Assembly: GCA_905178155.1 (NCBI GenBank)
Contig: CAJINV010000009.1
Location: 2,767,373-2,831,372 of the forward strand
Direction: 5' to 3'
Length of the DNA stretch: 64,000 nt
From: Amoebophrya sp. A120
Taxonomy: Eukaryota; Protista; Dinoflagellata
A program made the position numbers and the translations under genes. Positions 63,101-64,000 of the stretch are shown here, in pieces (the first letter of the stretch is position 1; each line of letters opens with the position of its first letter). The notes under the pieces are model-generated. The model was not told where the DNA came from. It saw nothing but the letters and a program-made list of their open reading frames with translations, and did no database searches.

Positions 63101-64000
63101 TCAAGCGGTTGGTGTGTAACGGGATCCAGGATGTCTCCAGTCCGAACGAGTTTCCTCTTGCGCCAATCCTGGCCGACACCTTCTCCAAAATTATGAAAAA
63201 GCTTCATAAGCACGTGCTCGTACTTTTTGTGCAGTACTTTTTTTTGTCCCTCTGTTGCTTCAGTTGCAGGATCTTCCTCCTCTCCATACAATAAGATTCC
63301 AACAGCCCAATTCACGTCATCTCGGTCGAGGAAATTATCCCAAGCGTTCATCATATGGCGTTCTCAGCCGTTACATTCTCAACTGTCACAGGGTTCGTTT
63401 GTCATGCAAAATGACCATAAGCCTTCCGCAACACGATCAAGGTGCTTCGCATGACAAATTTTCGAAGGGCTCAACACCACCCGAATGTACCTAAATTTGT
63501 AACGCAAAGCGCGCAGTCTTCCCGAGTTCACTTTTGCTGTTCTTGCATGATAAATTCATGTTGTAACAGTTGAGAATGTAACATTTGAGAATCCCGTACA
63601 TCACCTCGCCTAATTTCGAACCGGCGTCGCCGAGACGTTTTTTGCCGAAAATATTCAAGTGATGAAACACGTCTCCTTTCACTTCCTGATTGATGATCCA
63701 TTCCTGCTCCTTCGGGGAAAGCTTCTCCCAGTCCTTCGGCTTTTCCAATAGGTTGTCCCATTTGTGGTCCCACTCGATCCGCTGGCCCTCGTCCCCAGAT
63801 ATTGCAAGCTCCTTGTCTCCGCCAGTGACTTCGTACCCCTTTGTATCAGGAAACAACTCATGGAGCTGATCAAGCACCCAGTCCTTATTGGTAAATGTTG
63901 GAACTTTTTTCACTTTTGACAAAGGTGCCTCGAGAACCTCCCCAACGTTGTCGAGGAGGTCTATCCCGTGGCTCTCGAGGAGATCTACCCCGTGGCGGTA
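1..64000 (-). CDS. Giant multi-exon gene (partial at both ends); repetitive protein with about 11 copies of an unrecognised module plus TSP1-like Cys-rich segments; about 125 TIR-element introns
   Basis: Exon ORFs join in frame after removing each TIR element plus one 5-bp TSD at more than 60 junctions translated by hand, e.g. PQA|STSVYWY, GFL|RLKK, YKG|GQQVEH. Frame is open at 64000 and runs into an element at position 111. Confidence 0.85.
112..446 (-). CDS. exon of giant gene
   Basis: frame of ORF 74..409, bounded by TIR elements. Confidence 0.8.
447..708. mobile_element. introner family A
   Basis: TIRs; TSD CGTCT/GGTCT. Confidence 0.9.
709..963 (-). CDS. exon of giant gene
   Basis: frame of ORF 626..844; both junctions in frame. 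Confidence 0.8.
964..1242. mobile_element. introner family B
   Basis: TIRs; TSD CAGGA. Confidence 0.9.
1243..1453 (-). CDS. exon of giant gene
   Basis: frame of ORF 1231..1440; GYLSGFL motif. Confidence 0.8.
1454..1650. mobile_element. introner family C
   Basis: TIRs; TSD ATGCT. Confidence 0.9.
1651..3238 (-). CDS. large exon, one repeat module (GIILPL, EPWQVVAFLAGFL, RVLLDLT, IIVVT)
   Basis: ORF 1628..3253. Confidence 0.9.
3239..3540. mobile_element. introner family H (diverged)
   Basis: TIRs; TSD CCCGG/CAGGG. Confidence 0.8.
3541..4231 (-). CDS. exon with thrombospondin type-1-like repeat
   Basis: CKYTEWSEWGPCSTTC...GTQTRTRSV...C...C in ORF 3501..4238. Confidence 0.9.
4232..4440. mobile_element. 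introner family G (diverged)
   Basis: TIRs; TSD CGCGG/CGCTG. Confidence 0.8.
4630..5060. mobile_element. highly decayed introner
   Basis: residual TATCCGCGAA / TTGCGGAATA; removal plus 5 nt restores frame. Confidence 0.55.
5061..5324 (-). CDS. Cys-rich exon
   Basis: frame of ORF 4850..5302. Confidence 0.75.
5325..5668. mobile_element. introner family J
   Basis: TIRs; TSD TGTCA/TGCCA with 3 extra nt. Confidence 0.8.
5884..6154. mobile_element. introner family A
   Basis: TSD TCTCG/TCTCC. Confidence 0.9.
6201..6493. mobile_element. introner family B
   Basis: TSD TTGTT. Confidence 0.9.
6494..7568 (-). CDS. Cys-rich exon with degenerate TSP1-like repeats
   Basis: ORF 6460..7452: NGGFACP, CLYTDW...CEPC...VWRRQKIV...C. 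Confidence 0.9.
7569..7850. mobile_element. introner family B
   Basis: TSD TGTAG. Confidence 0.9.
7970..8315. mobile_element. introner family D with AT-rich internal insertion
   Basis: TSD AACAT/CACAC. Confidence 0.85.
8418..8774. mobile_element. introner family E
   Basis: TSD GCTTC/ATCTC. Confidence 0.85.
8775..9445 (-). CDS. exon of giant gene
   Basis: ORF 8738..9538; VATVLGHDC motif. Confidence 0.85.
9446..9756. mobile_element. introner family F
   Basis: TSD AGCTC. Confidence 0.9.
9757..10833 (-). CDS. exon, repeat module (GFTPWQVVAYLVGYL, FYRGYEDAY, NARILLDAT, HVEILIVT)
   Basis: ORF 9717..10808. Confidence 0.9.
10834..11095. mobile_element. introner family A
   Basis: TSD CAGTG. Confidence 0.9.
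11096..11484 (-). CDS. exon of giant gene
   Basis: ORF 11031..11444; GWVLPL motif. Confidence 0.85.
11485..11804. mobile_element. introner family E
   Basis: TSD CGGGC. Confidence 0.9.
12017..12248. mobile_element. introner family C
   Basis: TSD TCTCG. Confidence 0.85.
12310..12531. mobile_element. introner family M
   Basis: TSD TGTTT/TGCGT. Confidence 0.85.
12683..12955. mobile_element. introner family D
   Basis: TSD AGTAA. Confidence 0.9.
12956..13568 (-). CDS. exon, low-complexity Ser/Pro/Ala linker
   Basis: ORF 12908..13564. Confidence 0.8.
13569..13821. mobile_element. introner family A
   Basis: TSD CAGGT. Confidence 0.9.
13921..14196. mobile_element. introner family B
   Basis: TSD ACTGG. 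Confidence 0.9.
14259..14494. mobile_element. introner family H
   Basis: TSD AACGT. Confidence 0.9.
14643..14815. mobile_element. introner family G (diverged)
   Basis: TSD CCCCG/CGCCA. Confidence 0.8.
14874..15057. mobile_element. introner family K
   Basis: TIR TATCCCACAGAAAAAAGCTGGCAGG; TSD TGTTC. Confidence 0.9.
15108..15412. mobile_element. introner family E
   Basis: TSD ATTTT/ATTCT. Confidence 0.85.
15525..15781. mobile_element. introner family H
   Basis: TSD GTCAC with 3 extra nt (TAA). Confidence 0.85.
15863..16097. mobile_element. introner family D
   Basis: TSD ACCCA. Confidence 0.9.
16180..17667. mobile_element. introner family F hosting a nested foldback element
   Basis: TSD CTCCT. 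Confidence 0.9.
16314..17489. mobile_element. 1.18-kb foldback-type TIR element (family N), nested
   Basis: about 258-bp near-perfect TIRs, TAT...ATA termini, TSD TGAGG, two internal hairpins of about 130 bp. Confidence 0.92.
17740..18011. mobile_element. introner family A
   Basis: TSD ATCGC. Confidence 0.9.
18157..18395. mobile_element. introner family D
   Basis: TSD CAGAG. Confidence 0.9.
18457..18761. mobile_element. introner family J
   Basis: TSD AAACG. Confidence 0.9.
18841..19074. mobile_element. introner family D
   Basis: TSD CCCGG. Confidence 0.9.
19146..19457. mobile_element. introner family B
   Basis: TSD TGGTC. Confidence 0.9.
19525..19791. mobile_element. introner family A
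   Basis: TSD CTTTC/TTTTG. Confidence 0.85.
19861..21004. mobile_element. introner family D carrying a repetitive insertion of about 0.8 kb
   Basis: TSD TAGCG; family D halves on both sides. Confidence 0.85.
20058..20635. repeat. degenerate AGAGGTCGACAGAGGT units (direct and inverted) and 12-13 bp CCCTCTCGCGC(C)A tandem array
   Basis: visible tandem units at 20058-20370 and about 20548-20635. Confidence 0.75.
21093..21360. mobile_element. introner family A
   Basis: TSD CTGAC. Confidence 0.9.
21361..21693 (-). CDS. exon, module motif FSPFEAGFYLLGLL
   Basis: ORF 21356..21751. Confidence 0.8.
21694..21969. mobile_element. introner family C
   Basis: TSD GGCAA. Confidence 0.9.
22030..22184. 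mobile_element. introner family G
   Basis: TSD AGAAA. Confidence 0.9.
22185..22454 (-). CDS. exon, GSIILPL motif
   Basis: ORF 21941..22408. Confidence 0.8.
22455..22604. mobile_element. introner family G
   Basis: TSD TCGTC. Confidence 0.9.
22639..22963. mobile_element. introner family E
   Basis: TSD TTTAG. Confidence 0.9.
23019..23173. mobile_element. introner family G
   Basis: TSD GTCAT/GTCGG. Confidence 0.85.
23253..23577. mobile_element. introner family E
   Basis: TSD TCGTG. Confidence 0.9.
23750..23906. mobile_element. introner family G
   Basis: TSD TGGTG. Confidence 0.9.
23953..24209. mobile_element. introner family A
   Basis: TSD CCGCT. Confidence 0.9.
24281..24541. mobile_element. 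introner family A
   Basis: TSD CGTGG. Confidence 0.9.
24570..24892. mobile_element. introner family B
   Basis: TSD CCGCG/CCGAG. Confidence 0.85.
24923..25071. mobile_element. introner family G
   Basis: TSD CAAGG. Confidence 0.9.
25072..25325 (-). CDS. exon of giant gene
   Basis: ORF 25012..25308. Confidence 0.8.
25326..25590. mobile_element. introner family I
   Basis: TSD ATCCC. Confidence 0.9.
25600..25807. mobile_element. introner family O
   Basis: TIR TAT-AGAA-GAAAAAAGTT(T/C)GTCAC; TSD CGGAG. Confidence 0.88.
25845..26053. mobile_element. introner family C (tandem pair)
   Basis: TSD TTTCA x3. Confidence 0.9.
26059..26273. mobile_element. introner family M (tandem pair)
   Basis: TSD TTTCA x3. 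Confidence 0.9.
26324..26472. mobile_element. introner family G
   Basis: TSD CCCGT/TCCGT. Confidence 0.9.
26580..26936. mobile_element. introner family J
   Basis: TSD AGGTG/GGGCG. Confidence 0.85.
27068..27372. mobile_element. introner family F (variant)
   Basis: TSD AGCGA. Confidence 0.88.
27428..27771. mobile_element. introner family E
   Basis: TSD GGTGT/AGTGT. Confidence 0.9.
27845..28107. mobile_element. introner family A
   Basis: TSD CCTGT. Confidence 0.9.
28108..28661 (-). CDS. exon, NARILLDASG / HVELLVVT / VAHLLGGNC motifs
   Basis: ORF 27738..28613. Confidence 0.88.
28662..28893. mobile_element. introner family C variant (tandem pair)
   Basis: TSD GTTTT x3. Confidence 0.9.
28899..29113. 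mobile_element. introner family C (tandem pair)
   Basis: TSD GTTTT x3. Confidence 0.9.
29168..29327. mobile_element. introner family G
   Basis: TSD CAGCA. Confidence 0.9.
29414..29747. mobile_element. introner family E
   Basis: TSD CAGTT/CACTT. Confidence 0.9.
29832..30070. mobile_element. introner family D
   Basis: TSD CATGG. Confidence 0.9.
30199..30468. mobile_element. introner family A
   Basis: TSD GCACT. Confidence 0.9.
30469..30768 (-). CDS. exon, GWTAWQAAAYLAGFL motif
   Basis: ORF 30424..30774. Confidence 0.85.
30769..31091. mobile_element. introner family E
   Basis: TSD CGCGG. Confidence 0.9.
31333..31589. mobile_element. introner family A
   Basis: TSD GTCGT. Confidence 0.9.
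31643..31907. mobile_element. introner family A
   Basis: TSD CACTT/CACCT. Confidence 0.9.
31935..32169. mobile_element. introner family D
   Basis: TSD TGCAG. Confidence 0.9.
32284..32500. mobile_element. introner family C variant
   Basis: TSD CAGCG. Confidence 0.88.
32582..32696. mobile_element. introner family L (shortest, 115 bp)
   Basis: TIR TATCCAG(A/G)AAAA...CACCCATCCCCATCC; TSD GTTGA. Confidence 0.9.
32752..33030. mobile_element. introner family A
   Basis: TSD CGCAG. Confidence 0.88.
33113..33266. mobile_element. introner family G
   Basis: TSD CCCAG. Confidence 0.9.
33291..33549. mobile_element. introner family A
   Basis: TSD TCGTG. Confidence 0.9.
33550..33831 (-). CDS. exon, KIVLDMT / QLLVLT motifs
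   Basis: ORF 33512..33928. Confidence 0.82.
33832..34152. mobile_element. introner family E
   Basis: TSD GCCCT/CTCCT. Confidence 0.88.
34271..34529. mobile_element. introner family A
   Basis: TIRs; TSD diverged; frame restored by removing 5 extra nt. Confidence 0.85.
34601..34931. mobile_element. introner family E
   Basis: TSD TGACC. Confidence 0.9.
35026..35277. mobile_element. introner family A
   Basis: TSD CTGTC. Confidence 0.9.
35278..36726 (-). CDS. large exon, mostly low-complexity linker
   Basis: ORF 35220..36716; both junctions in frame. Confidence 0.88.
36727..36970. mobile_element. introner family C
   Basis: TSD AAAGC. Confidence 0.9.
37054..37200. mobile_element. introner family G
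   Basis: TSD TCCCC. Confidence 0.9.
37258..37543. mobile_element. introner family B
   Basis: TSD GAACT. Confidence 0.88.
37544..37898 (-). CDS. exon, VADVLGGDC / NPFGLYVLFN motifs
   Basis: ORF 37532..37840. Confidence 0.82.
37899..38177. mobile_element. introner family A
   Basis: TSD TTGGC. Confidence 0.9.
38343..38667. mobile_element. introner family E
   Basis: TSD TCGTG. Confidence 0.9.
38794..39074. mobile_element. introner family A
   Basis: TSD TGATC/TGATG. Confidence 0.9.
39225..39391. mobile_element. introner family G
   Basis: TSD ACACG/GCACG. Confidence 0.85.
39538..39827. mobile_element. introner family B
   Basis: TSD TTCTG/TGGTG. Confidence 0.85.
39934..40240. mobile_element. 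introner family F
   Basis: TSD AGCAA. Confidence 0.9.
40377..40638. mobile_element. introner family A
   Basis: TSD CTCCA. Confidence 0.9.
40687..40999. mobile_element. introner family G with internal insertion
   Basis: TSD ACCAC/GCCAC. Confidence 0.88.
40766..40931 (-). mobile_element. 166-bp insertion with 15-bp TSD (possible non-LTR retroposon 3' end or SINE)
   Basis: CCTCATGCTGAGAGT at 40751-40765 and 40932-40946; no TIRs. Confidence 0.6.
41148..41408. mobile_element. introner family A
   Basis: TSD GTTCC. Confidence 0.9.
41409..41815 (-). CDS. exon of giant gene
   Basis: ORF 41364..41774. Confidence 0.78.
41816..42067. mobile_element. introner family I
   Basis: TSD CAGGT. Confidence 0.9.
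42291..42502. mobile_element. introner family C
   Basis: TSD CGATG. Confidence 0.9.
42587..42880. mobile_element. introner family D (diverged)
   Basis: TSD AACGG/AATGG. Confidence 0.8.
42951..43262. mobile_element. introner family A (diverged)
   Basis: TSD TCCTC/TCACC. Confidence 0.82.
43312..43467. mobile_element. introner family G
   Basis: TSD TGCAC. Confidence 0.9.
43563..43771. mobile_element. introner family M
   Basis: TSD GGGCC/ATGCC. Confidence 0.88.
43772..44177 (-). CDS. exon, ARILIDAT motif
   Basis: ORF 43735..44352. Confidence 0.85.
44178..44436. mobile_element. introner family A
   Basis: TSD CAACC. Confidence 0.9.
44437..44889 (-). CDS. exon, TPEAAAWYILGL motif
   Basis: ORF 44371..44901. 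Confidence 0.82.
44890..45178. mobile_element. introner family A (diverged)
   Basis: TSD GTGGG/GTGTG. Confidence 0.85.
45357..45631. mobile_element. introner family A
   Basis: TSD CGGCC. Confidence 0.9.
45838..46004. mobile_element. introner family G
   Basis: TSD CTGCG/CTGTG. Confidence 0.9.
46164..46480. mobile_element. introner family I
   Basis: TSD TCCGG/TCCTC. Confidence 0.85.
46481..47317 (-). CDS. exon, GRIVLDAT / QLMILT motifs
   Basis: ORF 46396..47211, frame open further upstream. Confidence 0.88.
47318..47594. mobile_element. introner family A
   Basis: TSD TGAGC/TGAAC. Confidence 0.88.
47651..47803. mobile_element. introner family G
   Basis: TSD TTTGC. Confidence 0.9.
48004..48331. 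mobile_element. introner family E
   Basis: TSD TAGGC. Confidence 0.9.
48371..48582. mobile_element. introner family M
   Basis: TSD TTTAG/TTTGG. Confidence 0.9.
48762..49084. mobile_element. introner family E
   Basis: TSD CACCG. Confidence 0.9.
49112..49371. mobile_element. introner family F
   Basis: TSD TTCCC. Confidence 0.9.
49622..49913. mobile_element. introner family B
   Basis: TSD CTTTT. Confidence 0.9.
49961..50309. mobile_element. introner family E
   Basis: TSD AACCT. Confidence 0.9.
50368..50628. mobile_element. introner family A
   Basis: TSD CCGGG. Confidence 0.9.
50629..51008 (-). CDS. exon, ARIVMELS / PVELLLLS motifs
   Basis: ORF 50546..50953. Confidence 0.82.
51009..51270. 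mobile_element. introner family A
   Basis: TSD CCCGA. Confidence 0.9.
51347..51611. mobile_element. decayed introner, family E-like
   Basis: residual TIRs; removal plus 5 nt restores frame. Confidence 0.7.
51612..52119 (-). CDS. exon, GFQYWEAQCYLLGFL motif
   Basis: ORF 51515..52099. Confidence 0.85.
52120..52459. mobile_element. introner family E
   Basis: TSD CGTAG/CGTGG. Confidence 0.9.
52610..52871. mobile_element. introner family H
   Basis: TSD AACCC/GATCC. Confidence 0.85.
52930..53197. mobile_element. introner family A
   Basis: TSD CGCAG. Confidence 0.9.
53269..53563. mobile_element. introner family A
   Basis: TSD CGAGT. Confidence 0.9.
53586..54046. mobile_element. introner family G with its right TIR split by a nested E element
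   Basis: TSD ACGAC/ACAAC. Confidence 0.85.
53711..54031. mobile_element. introner family E, nested
   Basis: TSD TATTT. Confidence 0.9.
54074..54378. mobile_element. introner family F
   Basis: TSD CAGTC. Confidence 0.9.
54413..54673. mobile_element. introner family B
   Basis: TSD AGTGC/ACTGC. Confidence 0.88.
54728..54977. mobile_element. introner family D
   Basis: TSD CAGTT. Confidence 0.9.
55007..55168. mobile_element. introner family G
   Basis: TSD CGAAC. Confidence 0.9.
55388..55544. mobile_element. introner family P
   Basis: imperfect TIRs; TSD AGCAC. Confidence 0.82.
55594..55854. mobile_element. introner family A
   Basis: TSD GTTCA. Confidence 0.9.
55855..56350 (-). CDS. exon of giant gene
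   Basis: ORF 55786..56340. Confidence 0.85.
56351..56499. mobile_element. introner family G
   Basis: TSD TCTTC. Confidence 0.9.
56500..56995 (-). CDS. exon, GVILPV / GFYVWQAQAYLIGLL motifs
   Basis: ORF 56471..56998. Confidence 0.85.
56996..57300. mobile_element. introner family A (diverged)
   Basis: TSD GACTG. Confidence 0.85.
57383..57680. mobile_element. introner family E
   Basis: TSD GTGCT/ATGCT. Confidence 0.88.
57681..58256 (-). CDS. exon of giant gene
   Basis: central part of ORF 57504..58508; joins 62477 exon in frame. Confidence 0.85.
59870..60330 (+). pseudogene. possible degraded protein-kinase relic inside the 4.2-kb element
   Basis: ordered motifs over two frames: LLRVLAQTCRG, GYIQAD, FTLWHFG, TRMAPPGEV, SHAAD, KERPTFREV. 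Confidence 0.35.
61280..62000. repeat. decayed GC-rich tandem array, unit about 18 bp (GGCTAGCAGCGGCCGGAA-like)
   Basis: clearest units at about 61784-61838. Confidence 0.7.
62477..63353 (-). CDS. exon of giant gene (acidic)
   Basis: ORF 62398..63354. Confidence 0.88.
63354..63598. mobile_element. introner family D
   Basis: TSD CATCA. Confidence 0.9.
63599..64000 (-). CDS. exon of giant gene, open at window edge
   Basis: ORF 63491..63922; frame open to 64000. Confidence 0.85.

Noticed and set aside
1-64000. rRNA, tRNA or spliced-leader genes
   Set aside because: None recognised by eye; tRNAscan or Infernal would be needed to exclude small ncRNAs.

Overview
Eukaryotic genomic DNA. Its intron structure closely resembles the non-canonical 'introner' introns described for the syndinian dinoflagellate parasite Amoebophrya (A120-type TAT-starting inverted repeats); this taxon call is inference. 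The whole 64 kb appears to be the interior of ONE giant minus-strand gene, open at both window edges. About 25 kb is coding here (roughly 8,300 aa by hand estimate), with a repeated unrecognised module and TSP1-like Cys-rich segments. I count 127 non-autonomous TIR elements (MITE-like, mostly 115-360 bp, about 38 kb in total) interrupting it. Their termini are TAT...ATA and they sit in 5-bp target-site duplications (TSDs), about two-thirds of them perfect. Removing an element plus one TSD copy restored the reading frame at every junction I translated by hand (more than 60). I found no ordinary GT-AG intron. Family labels are my own, by TIR: A TAT-N5-(T)GCAAAAATGTCTGGGTCTGGAA; B TATCCTG-NN-AAAAACGTCCCCA; C/M TATCC/GCAAGAAAAAA(C/G)TG; D TATGGCGTTCTCAAACGTTACA; E TAT-N7-AAAATCCCCCCTCCCCATA; F TATGGAAGTGTCAG; G TAT-N5-GCAAAAGTATCG(C/T)ACTCGTA; H TATGA(C/G)AGTGCACAAC; I TATGACCTGCTCAA(A/G)CGTTACAATC; J TAT-N5-TGAAAAATGCCCCC; K, L, O and P are singletons. 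Notable structures are nested elements, same-site tandem elements with triplicated TSDs, a 4-nt micro-exon, a 1.18-kb foldback member and a 4.2-kb member. No transposase, rRNA, tRNA or CRISPR array was recognised.
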